A DNA stretch of 64,000 bases. Origin: an uncultured Rhodospirillaceae bacterium (lineage in GTDB: Bacteria; Pseudomonadota; Alphaproteobacteria; MPNO01; UBA830). Within the stretch, counting starts at the first letter, position 1. Every line of letters begins with the position of its first letter. Made by a program: the position numbers and the translations under genes. Positions 26,688-35,909 of the stretch are shown here, piece after piece. A model generated the notes under the pieces. That model had not been told where the DNA came from. It worked only from the letters and a program-made list of their open reading frames with translations, and made no database searches. The DNA lies in assembly GCA_964412235.1 (NCBI GenBank), contig CAYPNT010000005.1:5879-69878 (forward strand), in the 5' to 3' direction.

Positions 26688-28096
26688 ACTTTCACGCCTG
26701 GTTTTAGGACGTACATTCGAAGGACGCAAAGGGTCCCGGCTAGTGGAACAAGAGCGCCCAATCCAAAAACCCAGACGAGTATCTCGCTGATTTGTCTTGC
26801 GTCTATATTTTGGTCCATGCCGGCTGCATTTGCGATTAGTCCGGCCATGGCTGCGCCGTATGCAATTCCGATTGAACGCATTGCCGGTGCAGAACTTGCC
26901 GTTATTTGAGATTCGGCGTTGCCGGCCGCCGCAAAGGCCCACGAAATTGAATGGACGTTGGTCATGCCCACCCCAATACCGGCAAATATCATCAACGCAC
27001 TGACCAACCATATTGAGTCAAGATTTAAAGTAAGTGCGATACCAAGAATCGAAATTGACGTAAGTGCTAATCCCATTGCACAGGCAAATTTTCCCCACCA
27101 ATCATTCCAGCCCGCTGTTCCTATAGAGCCTATCGTCCAAGCGATCGAAAACACGGTTAACAAGTACCCGATCCATAGGGGGCTTAATCCGTGAATTTCT
27201 TTTAATGCCAAGGGCATGAAAATTGTTAATGGCGTATATGATGCCGACAGTAACAAAAAAACCCAAAAAGCCGTGCCTATAGGTGCGAATAATGACAAAA
27301 CTCGTTGCGGAAGCAAACTATCTCCCGCACGATCCAAACGGAGCGTTAGCCATAGGGAGAGAATACCACCCAAAATTAACGCGGCGCGCCAAATAAAATG
27401 TTCGAATTGGCCTGATGCTCCAACCATTATTACCGATGCTGCTAGTAAGGTTAATCGTCGGAATGGCAAGCGGTGGCGATCGCCGGGATCGCCGTCTGGA
27501 ATCACACGCCAAGCGGCTATTATGAAGACAACGGTAATTGCGCTGGTAGTAAGGAATGCTCCGCGCCAAATACCGATACTACCCCAAATACCGCCAATTA
27601 TAGGACCTAAGACCGATGCTATACTCCACGTGGTGGTGATAGTTGCGAGCGCGCGCGTGCGGAGTTTTCCCGTATATAAATCGTTCACTAATGTATATGA
27701 CTGGGACATAAGCAGCCCTCCGCCAATACCCTCCAGCATTCGAAAACACAACAAGATGAGCATATTGGGCGCAATGGCACACCCAAGCGCTCCAAATAGA
27801 AATATAAATCCACTTGCTAAATAACTTTTGCGTCGCCCATAGACAGACCGTGCATAACGGCCCGAAGCCGCGCCGACAACGGTACCAACCATGTAGAGCA
27901 TTGTTGTCCACGCATAAAACTCTACACCGCCAATTTCCTTAACCACTGCTGGCATCACTGTCGCTATTACGAAAATATCAATAGCGTGAACCCCGATACC
28001 AATGTTCAGGAGCACAGTATAGATTCCACGGATACCGCGGAACATTTCGGCCCAACCCGTGGTTTCTTCTGTCTTCTCGTCTTGCGCTTCGACCAT
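26684..28096 (-). CDS. MFS transporter
   Basis: 470 aa and very hydrophobic, with an MFS loop motif (GRYARSVYGRRK). It probably has more than 12 helices. Confidence 0.7.
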   Translation of the reverse strand: MVEAQDEKTEETTGWAEMFRGIRGIYTVLLNIGIGVHAIDIFVIATVMPAVVKEIGGVEFYAWTTMLYMVGTVVGAASGRYARSVYGRRKSYLASGFIFLFGALGCAIAPNMLILLCFRMLEGIGGGLLMSQSYTLVNDLYTGKLRTRALATITTTWSIASVLGPIIGGIWGSIGIWRGAFLTTSAITVVFIIAAWRVIPDGDPGDRHRLPFRRLTLLAASVIMVGASGQFEHFIWRAALILGGILSLWLTLRLDRAGDSLLPQRVLSLFAPIGTAFWVFLLLSASYTPLTIFMPLALKEIHGLSPLWIGYLLTVFSIAWTIGSIGTAGWNDWWGKFACAMGLALTSISILGIALTLNLDSIWLVSALMIFAGIGVGMTNVHSISWAFAAAGNAESQITASSAPAMRSIGIAYGAAMAGLIANAAGMDQNIDARQISEILVWVFGLGALVPLAGTLCVLRMYVLKPGVKV

Positions 28097-28105
28097 GTCT
28101 TTATT

Positions 28106-28132
28106 TTAGGGTGTGAATTCCAGAATCCCTAA
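28106..28132. repeat. Perfect inverted repeat TTAGGG-N15-CCCTAA in a divergent promoter region (candidate operator)
   Basis: Read directly from the sequence. It lies between the MFS gene (-) and the LLM oxidoreductase gene (+). Its function is inferred only. Confidence 0.3.
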
Positions 28133-28180
28133 TAAGACAATACTCGCGAAGGTGCATAGAATTTGGTACTTCATAGTGCT

Positions 28181-29200
28181 ATGCCAATACTTAGTGTGCT
28201 TGATCAGTCCCCAATTCGTTCAGGTTGTACACCTGCCGAAGCTTTGCAAGAAACCCTCGAACTTGCTCAAGTTTGCGATCGCCTTGGATATTACAGGTAT
28301 TGGCTGGCGGAACACCACTCAACAGGTGGGCTTGCAGGGTCTGCGCCAGAGGTGCTTATTGGCCAGGTTGCGTCTTGCACGGATAGTCTTCGTGTTGGCT
28401 CTGGCGGTGTGATGTTGAGTCATTATTCATCATTGAAGGTGGCTGAGAATTTTCGCATGCTTGAGGCTTTATATCCTGGCCGAATAGATCTCGGTATCGG
28501 ACGTGCCCCAGGGTCTGACGGCTTGACAGCAGGCGCATTAGCTCACGGTCCTGGTGCTCTTGGTATCGAACATTTTCCAGCGCAAATCCGCGATGTTCGG
28601 GCGTGGCTAACGGGCGAAATGCCGAGTGATCATCCGTTCAAACAGGTCACTGCAATGCCGACGGGTGAGACAATTCCTGAGATTTGGTTGCTTGGATCGA
28701 GTGACCAGTCTGCTGCTTACGCTGCATACTTTGGAATGGCGTTTTCGTTTGCGCATTTTATTAATTCGAATGGTGGTCCCATGGTTATGGAGGCTTATAG
28801 ACGTCACTTTGAAGCCACCGAGCAACTGCCTAAACCTCGGGGTTCTATCGGCATATTCGTAATATGTGCAGAGACCCAGGACGAAGCTATAGAACTTCGT
28901 TGGAGCCGTGATTTATGGACATTGCGGCTTCGAACCGGCAAAACGGGCCCTGTTCCAACTGTAGAGGAAGCTAAGAGCTATCCCTACACGGATCAAGAAT
29001 GGGCGATCGTCCAAAGTAACCGATCGCGGACCATCGCAGGTGATCCCGAGCAATGTGCTACAGAAATTCGGAAATTGGGTGAGGTCTATGAGGTTGAAGA
29101 GTTTGTTATTGTTACGATTTGTGATGATTTTAACGCGCGCCGGCATTCATATGAGTTACTTGCCGAAGCTTTCGCTCTTGGTCCTGCAAAGGCGTCATAG
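28181..29200 (+). CDS. LLM-class flavin-dependent oxidoreductase (YhbW/MsnO8-like)
   Basis: ATG 28181 (MPILSVLDQSPI) is the typical N-terminus of this subgroup; TTG 28163 is an alternative. It also has RYWLAEHH and the GSGGVMLSHYS blocks. Confidence 0.7.
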   Translation: MPILSVLDQSPIRSGCTPAEALQETLELAQVCDRLGYYRYWLAEHHSTGGLAGSAPEVLIGQVASCTDSLRVGSGGVMLSHYSSLKVAENFRMLEALYPGRIDLGIGRAPGSDGLTAGALAHGPGALGIEHFPAQIRDVRAWLTGEMPSDHPFKQVTAMPTGETIPEIWLLGSSDQSAAYAAYFGMAFSFAHFINSNGGPMVMEAYRRHFEATEQLPKPRGSIGIFVICAETQDEAIELRWSRDLWTLRLRTGKTGPVPTVEEAKSYPYTDQEWAIVQSNRSRTIAGDPEQCATEIRKLGEVYEVEEFVIVTICDDFNARRHSYELLAEAFALGPAKAS

Positions 29201-29353
29201 CAATGCCGATTAGGGTGTTATTATTACACTTGGTTTCATTTCTGAACAAAGTTAAAGATGTCAAAAAGTTCATTCGCAGTAGCAGTTTTTTTACAGTGCC
29301 TTAACCATTCAAGAACGACTTGACGTATACACATAAAGGAAACAGATTTTACA

Positions 29354-29851
29354 ATGTCAGAAAGCCTTATATTTGCCCTTGTCATCGGGTTGACCGTCTA
29401 CCTGTTTATGCGTCGACTACGGGCGATTAAACGTGATAGACAAATACGCGCGGAAAATACGGGGGAGGGGACCTCCCAGGCCGATCCGGGTAGTATGCCG
29501 CGGATTGGGTCACCCGGAACGATTACGCGAGATCAAATCAAGTTATTAAAGGAATATGATTTTGAGCCGTCCCGAATATGGAGCGAGGAGGAAGCTCAAC
29601 TTATATTGGACACTGTGACTTACTTACGCTCAGTGATATATAATTCTACGCAAGAGAAAGATCCGCCTATTGATGTGCAAAATAATATTCTCAAATTTAT
29701 TCTCACTGATGACGCGCTTAGAGACTACGTGTACCAATGGGGAATGAATCGCACACGTGATGACGAAGCCAAAACAACGACTGAACTTCCGCGCGACGAA
29801 TATTACATACGTGTAGAAGCCGCTGTTATGGAGCAGTGGGAGGATTCGTGA
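29354..29851 (+). CDS. Hypothetical membrane-anchored protein
   Basis: 165 aa. It has one N-terminal hydrophobic helix (LIFALVIGLTVYLF), then a charged soluble region. I recognised no family. The stop overlaps possible queA starts. Confidence 0.4.
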   Translation: MSESLIFALVIGLTVYLFMRRLRAIKRDRQIRAENTGEGTSQADPGSMPRIGSPGTITRDQIKLLKEYDFEPSRIWSEEEAQLILDTVTYLRSVIYNSTQEKDPPIDVQNNILKFILTDDALRDYVYQWGMNRTRDDEAKTTTELPRDEYYIRVEAAVMEQWEDS

Positions 29852-29865
29852 GTGGATCTGAAGAA

Positions 29866-30924
29866 ATGGTTTGTTCGAGGAAAAATTTGCGTACGGATGA
29901 TTTTGATTTTCATCTGCCCGCAGGCAGCATAGCAAAAGAGCCAGCACGCCCCCGAGACTCCGCGCGAATGTTAGAAATCGGTAGCACCTTAACGGATCGG
30001 ACATTCCGCGACCTGCCAAAACTCCTCACGCCGCGCGACATAATTGTGCTTAATGACACGAGGGTCATACCTGCACGTTTACGGGGAACTAGACGCGGTG
30101 CAAAAGTAGAAATAACCGTCTTAAAAAGACAGACCGACGGATGTTGGCAGGCGTTTGCGCGTCCAGCAAAAAAACTTTCCACTAATGATATCATTAAATT
30201 TTCGGAGGATTTTTCTGCACGGGTATGTGAGAAGCGCGAAGATGGAGCGGTGATAGTATCATTCTCCTCTAATGGTGATTTTAAGGCAGCCCTAGCGGAA
30301 CACGGTGAAATGCCATTGCCCCCGTATATTGGGCGTCGCAGCGGTCTCGTAAGGAAGGATTTTACCGATTATCAAACGGTATACTCAAAAAGAGAGGGTG
30401 CCGTGGCTGCCCCCACTGCGGGCCTGCATTTTACCAAACCTTTGCTTAGCGCTATTTGCGCGGTTGGTGTGCGCATTGTAACGGTGACACTCCACGTTGG
30501 CGCAGGTACTTTTTTACCGGTTAAAGTAGATCAGTTAATAGACCACAAAATGCATAGCGAGTGGGGAGAAGTTACACCGGAAGCCGCGGAGACACTGAAC
30601 GCAGTCCGTGAGGCAGGCGGGAGAATTGTCTCCGTCGGAACGACGGTGGCACGATTACTAGAGACCGCGGTCGATGCACGTGGGCGCATGCAACCTTACG
30701 TTGGTGAAACAAATATTTTCATTACACCCGGATACCGCTTTCAGGCGGTCGATGCATTAATAACAAACTTTCATTTGCCGCGCTCAACCCTCTTTATGTT
30801 AGTGGCGGCTTTTTCTGGACTTGATCGCATGAAACGAGCGTACGCACACGCTATAAAGCGGGGTTACCGCTTCTACTCATACGGAGATTCCAGCTTTTTG
30901 AATCGGTTTGGTCAGGATGAGTAG
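29866..30924 (+). CDS. queA: S-adenosylmethionine:tRNA ribosyltransferase-isomerase
   Basis: The blocks [53 protein letters not shown] and [10 protein letters not shown] are diagnostic of QueA. Alternative in-frame starts are GTG 29848 and GTG 29836. Confidence 0.85.
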   Translation: MVCSRKNLRTDDFDFHLPAGSIAKEPARPRDSARMLEIGSTLTDRTFRDLPKLLTPRDIIVLNDTRVIPARLRGTRRGAKVEITVLKRQTDGCWQAFARPAKKLSTNDIIKFSEDFSARVCEKREDGAVIVSFSSNGDFKAALAEHGEMPLPPYIGRRSGLVRKDFTDYQTVYSKREGAVAAPTAGLHFTKPLLSAICAVGVRIVTVTLHVGAGTFLPVKVDQLIDHKMHSEWGEVTPEAAETLNAVREAGGRIVSVGTTVARLLETAVDARGRMQPYVGETNIFITPGYRFQAVDALITNFHLPRSTLFMLVAAFSGLDRMKRAYAHAIKRGYRFYSYGDSSFLNRFGQDE

Positions 30925-32047
30925 CTTTGAGTTTTCGGTCCTTCACACCGACGGGCTCGCCCGTCGTGGGCTGCTTGAAACAGCACACGGTATAGTAGAC
31001 ACGCCAGCGTTTATGCCTGTGGGAACAGCAGCGACAGTTAAGGGGATGACCCCTGACACCGTAGCAGCTACGGGTGCCCAAATTGTACTGGCGAATACTT
31101 ACCATTTGATGCTGCGTCCCGGAACGGATGTCGTTGAGGAAATGGGTGGACTTAGGGACTTCATGGCATGGCCCGGCCCGGTTCTGACTGACTCCGGCGG
31201 TTTTCAAGTGATGTCTCTAGCATCACTCAGAAAACTCACTGAGAACGGGGTGGAGTTCCAGTCTCATCTTGACGGAGCTATGTTCAAGCTAACACCTGAA
31301 AGTTCTGTGGAGGCACAAAGACAGTTTGGCTCCACAATTACGATGGTTCTGGATGAGTGCACCGCACCGGGCGCTACTAAGACAGAAGCTGCCGACTCAA
31401 TGCGCCTTTCAATGAATTGGGCTAAACGCAGTCGTGATGCCTTTAGAGAGCGGGAAGGCTACGGGCTGTTTGGGATAGTGCAAGGAAGTGTGTTTGTGGA
31501 CTTGAGGCTAGAATCCACAGACGCGCTTACTAAGATTGGGTTCGATGGTTACGCTGTGGGTGGGCTAGCTATCGGCGAAGGTCAGGAAAAAATGTTTCTG
31601 GTTTTAGACGCTACTGTTCCTATGCTTCCTAAACGTTCACCACGATATTTAATGGGTGTGGGCACACCAAGTGACATTGTGGGCGCGGTAAAAAGGGGTA
31701 TCGACATGTTTGATTGTGTTTTGCCAACCCGCTCGGGGCGAACCGGTCAGGCGTTTACACGTCGTGGAACACTCAATATACGCAATGCGCGTCACGCGAG
31801 GGATCCTCGCCCCATCGATTGTGATAGCGATTATCCTCAACTTGATGGCATTAGCCGTGCATATATACATCACTTATTCAAAGCAAAAGAAATGCTTGGG
31901 CCCATTTTGCTTACGATGCACAATCTCTACTACTATCAAGAACTAATGCAGGGCATTCGCGCCGCAATTGTGGAAGGCACTTTTCAAGCGTTTGCATCTG
32001 AATTTCACAGGGTTCAGGCAGAAGGGGATATTGAGGCGTTATCATAA
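30917..32047 (+). CDS. tgt: tRNA-guanine transglycosylase (queuine/preQ1 insertion)
   Basis: The blocks [55 protein letters not shown] and SRAYIHHL are diagnostic of Tgt. It overlaps queA by 8 nt. The usual CxCxxC zinc motif before SRAYIHHL reads CDSDYPQL instead (see findings). Confidence 0.9.
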   Translation: MSSFEFSVLHTDGLARRGLLETAHGIVDTPAFMPVGTAATVKGMTPDTVAATGAQIVLANTYHLMLRPGTDVVEEMGGLRDFMAWPGPVLTDSGGFQVMSLASLRKLTENGVEFQSHLDGAMFKLTPESSVEAQRQFGSTITMVLDECTAPGATKTEAADSMRLSMNWAKRSRDAFREREGYGLFGIVQGSVFVDLRLESTDALTKIGFDGYAVGGLAIGEGQEKMFLVLDATVPMLPKRSPRYLMGVGTPSDIVGAVKRGIDMFDCVLPTRSGRTGQAFTRRGTLNIRNARHARDPRPIDCDSDYPQLDGISRAYIHHLFKAKEMLGPILLTMHNLYYYQELMQGIRAAIVEGTFQAFASEFHRVQAEGDIEALS

Positions 32048-33171
32048 TGCCGAAAATAGAAGATCCGCGCTCAAAGATTAGAGAATTAGGCCTTTCCCTC
32101 GGTTTTGACGCTGTGGGCTTTGCTACGCCAGCGACTGGCAGTGCGGCAGCGGCCCATTTGAAGACATTTCTGGGTAACGGGTTTCATGGTGATATGGGTT
32201 GGATGCAGGAGGCTGAGGATCGGCGAAGCATGCCCGGGCGCCTGTGGCCGCAATGTAAGAGTATTATTGTGGTTGGGGTTAATTATGGCCCGCAGGGTGA
32301 CCCCCTTGAAATTCTTAATTATAAATCCGCAGCGGGAATCTCAGTTTATGCACGTGGCCAAGATTATCATGACGTGCTTAAGAAAAAATTGCGCGCCTTA
32401 GCTTCTGCAATCTCTAAGAAGTGGCATAGTGAAGTAAAAATTTTTGTGGATACCGCGCCGGTCCTTGAAAAGCCACTTGCGCAGCGCGCAGGAATTGGAT
32501 GGCAGGGAAAACATACCAATCTTGTGTCCCCGACTTTCGGTTCCTGGTTGTTTTTAGGGGAGATTTTTACAACCCTTGAAATTGCTAGCGACTCAACCCA
32601 TCAGGACCATTGTGGAAGCTGTAACAGATGCCTCAAAATATGCCCCACGAGTGCATTTCCCAATCCCTACCAACTCGATGCAAGGCGCTGTATCTCGTAT
32701 CTTACGATTGAACACAAGGGCCATATTGCTCGGCAATTTCGCCATTTGATTGGGAATAGAATATATGGCTGCGATGATTGCCTTGCAGTATGTCCGTGGA
32801 ACAAATTTGCGACGAGGACTCCTCACCCTGCGCTACGGCCTCATGTCCATTTACAGCATCCCTTGCTCGAGGATTTTGCGCTTCTAACGGATCACGATTT
32901 TAGAGAAGTGTTTTCAGGTTCTCCAGTCAAGCGCCTCGGGCGTGACCGTTTTGTTCGTAATGTTCTCATTGCTATTGGCAATAGCGAAAATTCAACACTT
33001 TCTGAGCCTGCGGAATACTTATTACAAGATCATTCACCTTTGGTGAGAGCCATGGCGGTGTGGGCACTTTCCCGCCTGGTTGACCAACGCAGTTTTGATT
33101 TTCTACGCAAGCGACATTTAGTAAATGAAACAGACCATGATGTACGAGCTGAGTGGTCTGGAGATATTTAA
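32047..33171 (+). CDS. queG: Epoxyqueuosine reductase (cobalamin/4Fe-4S)
   Basis: The ATG shares one base with the tgt stop (TAATG). It has GIGWQGKHTNLVSP, CGSCNRCLKICP, CISYLTIE and YGCDDCLAVCPWN, plus a C-terminal HEAT-like LVRAMAVWAL. Confidence 0.85.
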   Translation: MPKIEDPRSKIRELGLSLGFDAVGFATPATGSAAAAHLKTFLGNGFHGDMGWMQEAEDRRSMPGRLWPQCKSIIVVGVNYGPQGDPLEILNYKSAAGISVYARGQDYHDVLKKKLRALASAISKKWHSEVKIFVDTAPVLEKPLAQRAGIGWQGKHTNLVSPTFGSWLFLGEIFTTLEIASDSTHQDHCGSCNRCLKICPTSAFPNPYQLDARRCISYLTIEHKGHIARQFRHLIGNRIYGCDDCLAVCPWNKFATRTPHPALRPHVHLQHPLLEDFALLTDHDFREVFSGSPVKRLGRDRFVRNVLIAIGNSENSTLSEPAEYLLQDHSPLVRAMAVWALSRLVDQRSFDFLRKRHLVNETDHDVRAEWSGDI

Positions 33172-33372
33172 ATTGGTGACCAAAAGGTTGTTTGGGCAAA
33201 ACCAACTATTCAATGGAAAGACGAAAAAAGTGTTTTAGGCATCTGTGATGACTTCAAAAAATTGGAATAGTTACAACACGCTCGGTACAATACGGTATTA
33301 TTACTAGAAATCTGGGACGGATCGAGTTTTAGACGCAGGTTAGGTGTCTGTGTTGGAGGGACTTATAGCGGC

Positions 33373-34383
33373 GTGAAAATCATGGAACTCGCAGAGAAAA
33401 CTCAAAAGAGCATTGAATTGGACCGGCGTTTGTCCGTGGCCCCAATGATGGATCGCACTGATCGACATAATCGATTCTTTTTACGGCAGATATCGCCATC
33501 GGTGCTCCTATATACCGAAATGATCACCACCGGCGCTATTCTTTATGGTGATAGGGAAAGGTTTTTGGCGTTTGATCCGAGTGAGCATCCCATAGCTCTT
33601 CAACTGGGTGGCTCGGACGCGTCACAGCTCGCCGAATGCGCGAGTATCGGCGAAGAGTGGGGATATGATGAAATAAATCTGAATGTTGGCTGCCCAAGTA
33701 ACCGTGTACAAAATGCACGATTTGGTGCGTGTTTAATGAAGGAGCCCAAAACGGTTTCGTCCTGTGTTAGGGCAATGTCTCGTGCGAGTCGATTACCTAT
33801 TACAGTCAAAACCCGAATTGGTGTAGACGAGCAGGATTCCTGGGGTGATTTCTACAACTTTGTCGATAATGTTTCTGCTGCCGGGTGTACCACCTTTATT
33901 ATTCATGCTCGAAAAGCATGGTTAAAGGGTCTAAGCCCAAAACAAAATCGAGAAATTCCTCCCCTGGTTTACGAAACCGTTTATGAACTAAAAAGACGCC
34001 GCCCTGAGCTCGAGGTCATTATCAACGGCGGAATTATGACGGTTAAAGAAACTAAAGATCAACTTTCGTTGGTTGACGGTGTTATGATAGGGCGTGCAGC
34101 TTACCAAAATCCCTGGCTTTTAGCGGAGCTTGAGCACTCTGTGTTCGGCGGGACACCGCCAGAGAGCCGTATTCGAGTGCTCAATTGCTATATCGAATAC
34201 ATGGAACGGGAAATTGTGCGTGGTGTACCTTTTTATGCGATGGCCCGCCACGCGTTGGGTCTTTTTCAGGGTCAGCGCGGAGCTCGATTGTGGAGGCGTT
34301 ACATTAGTGAAAACGGGCCTCGGCGTGGCGTGGGATGCGAGGTGGTTCGGGAAGCATTAGAGAATGTTGCAAACAACTTCTAG
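33373..34383 (+). CDS. dusA: tRNA dihydrouridine(20/20a) synthase
   Basis: It has LSVAPMMDRTDRHNRFF, the catalytic-Cys block INLNVGCPS and HARKAWL. GTG 33373 and ATG 33382 are both possible starts. Confidence 0.8.
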   Translation: MKIMELAEKTQKSIELDRRLSVAPMMDRTDRHNRFFLRQISPSVLLYTEMITTGAILYGDRERFLAFDPSEHPIALQLGGSDASQLAECASIGEEWGYDEINLNVGCPSNRVQNARFGACLMKEPKTVSSCVRAMSRASRLPITVKTRIGVDEQDSWGDFYNFVDNVSAAGCTTFIIHARKAWLKGLSPKQNREIPPLVYETVYELKRRRPELEVIINGGIMTVKETKDQLSLVDGVMIGRAAYQNPWLLAELEHSVFGGTPPESRIRVLNCYIEYMEREIVRGVPFYAMARHALGLFQGQRGARLWRRYISENGPRRGVGCEVVREALENVANNF

Positions 34384-34460
34384 CGGATCATTAATTTTGC
34401 CACGGTTCAGCATCAGTTATTTGCTTTTAGGATTTTAAAAAATATTGGTTTTTCGGGTGC

Positions 34461-34946
34461 TCATATACTAACGTGTTTGTGGTGCTCTGGATCATTATTA
34501 TGGAGCATCACCATCCGCTCGAGAATTTCGGTGGTTCGTTTGGGATCCATCTCTAACTGGATGAGTGCCAACCCTGCGGAAAATATCTCACGGTATACCT
34601 TGATAAGGCCGTCCCTCAGAAGAAATTGGCTCATTCCATCGAATACTACACGTTTTCCGACACTATCCTCCATCGTTGAGGTATAGCTAAAAACCCAACG
34701 TACATATCCTAGCTGTTGTTTGGTATCGAAGATCGGGTCCATCATATCCCAAAGAAACGCATCGGCATCACCCCAAAATAACTCCTCTAACATTTGCGCG
34801 ATCGCTCCCCGGCCTTCGAATGTTCCATAGAACGTATCGTTATAGATTCCGTCTTCGGTAAAAAGACCGGCGAGTGTTTTTCCCTTGCCCGCTTCGACAC
34901 TGCTTGTAAATTGGTCCAGTAATTTTATAAAAAAATTGTGATCCAT
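34461..34946 (-). CDS. NTF2-like (SnoaL-type) small protein
   Basis: 161 aa. Its size and pattern (LFTEDGIYNDTFYGTFEGRGAIAQMLE) resemble SnoaL/NTF2-fold proteins. The assignment is weak. Confidence 0.45.
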   Translation of the reverse strand: MDHNFFIKLLDQFTSSVEAGKGKTLAGLFTEDGIYNDTFYGTFEGRGAIAQMLEELFWGDADAFLWDMMDPIFDTKQQLGYVRWVFSYTSTMEDSVGKRVVFDGMSQFLLRDGLIKVYREIFSAGLALIQLEMDPKRTTEILERMVMLHNNDPEHHKHVSI

Positions 34947-35029
34947 GTAGTATTCCTTATTCAGTCTTGACCCATTGAATATGAATGGGCATTGAATCTG
35001 GTAATTAAACCTTTGAGAACCGGCTTGTC

Positions 35030-35377
35030 ATGACTGTTACCATCTACCACAATCCCCGCTGCTCCAAATCCCGGGCCACGTTAGCTATACTGGAAAGCGA
35101 AGGGGTCCCCCTCAAGGTCATTGAGTATCTAAAAACGCCACCAGCGAAAAGCGACATTACGTTTGTACTGGACGCGCTCGGCATGGAGCCTCGTGATTTG
35201 ATGAGGAAGAAGGAAGTCGAGTACAAGGAATTAAATCTTTCAGATGTCTCGCTCAGCAGGGAAGCGCTTATTGAAGCGATGGTTGCTAACCCAATATTGA
35301 TTGAGCGCCCTATCGTAATAAATGGTGTGAGATGCGTGATTGGGCGGCCTCCTGAAAATGTTCTGAAAATAATGTGA
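35030..35377 (+). CDS. arsC: ArsC-family (glutaredoxin-type arsenate reductase / YffB-like) protein
   Basis: 115 aa. The N-terminal TIYHNPRCSKSR carries the catalytic Cys. The C-terminal LIERPIV is typical of the family. Confidence 0.7.
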   Translation: MTVTIYHNPRCSKSRATLAILESEGVPLKVIEYLKTPPAKSDITFVLDALGMEPRDLMRKKEVEYKELNLSDVSLSREALIEAMVANPILIERPIVINGVRCVIGRPPENVLKIM

Positions 35378-35907
35378 AAATGACTTTTCCTCGTGGCGTT
35401 TATATAGGTGTACTCGCGATGGTGGTTATTGTAGCGGCCTCTAACGTTTTGGTGCAGTATCCAATAAACGATTGGCTCACTTGGGGTGCAATCACTTATC
35501 CAGCGGCATTTTTGATCACCGATCTGACAAATCGGTCTCTTGGACCCGCCCGCGCTCGACAAGTGGTCTACGCGGGTTTTGCTGTTGCTGTTCTACTTTC
35601 CGTTGGTCTTTCTACTTCACGAATCGCTGTTGCATCTGGAACTGCTTTTTTGATAGCGCAACTAATAGACGTCGGTGTTTTCAATCATTTGCGGGCCAAA
35701 TCTGTTTGGTGGACCGCGCCGTTAGTTTCTTCTTTCGCCGCGTCCGCCGTCGATACGATCCTCTTTTTTTCAATAGCATTTGCCAGTACAGGTCTCCCCT
35801 GGGTAACCTGGGCTGCAGGTGATTTTGGCGCTAAAATGTGCGTAGGGTTAGCGATGCTGGTACCTTTCAGGGCCTTAATGTACAAAACGCGACCACAGGG
35901 AGCATAA
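35374..35907 (+). CDS. yhhQ: Queuosine-precursor transporter (YhhQ/VUT family)
   Basis: GTG 35374 overlaps the arsC stop; ATG 35380 is an alternative. It is hydrophobic, with YPINDWLTWGAITYPAAFLITDL and SSFAASAVDTILFF blocks as in YhhQ. Confidence 0.7.
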   Translation: MKMTFPRGVYIGVLAMVVIVAASNVLVQYPINDWLTWGAITYPAAFLITDLTNRSLGPARARQVVYAGFAVAVLLSVGLSTSRIAVASGTAFLIAQLIDVGVFNHLRAKSVWWTAPLVSSFAASAVDTILFFSIAFASTGLPWVTWAAGDFGAKMCVGLAMLVPFRALMYKTRPQGA

Positions 35908-35909
35908 AC

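Noticed and set aside
26688-27011. A 108-codon N-terminal extension of the M48 peptidase ORF (Arg/Cys-rich, listed as a 346-aa ORF).
   Set aside because: It lies entirely within the MFS coding sequence in another frame and has an arginine-rich, nonsense-like composition. The ATGA overlap at 26684-26687 gives a normal 238-aa YgjP-size protein.
33172-33372. The dusA 5' region as an integration hot spot for genomic islands (dusA-specific integrases are known).
   Set aside because: No integrase, direct repeat of the dusA 5' end or phage/ICE genes occur upstream or anywhere in the window. The flanking genes are core tRNA-modification genes.
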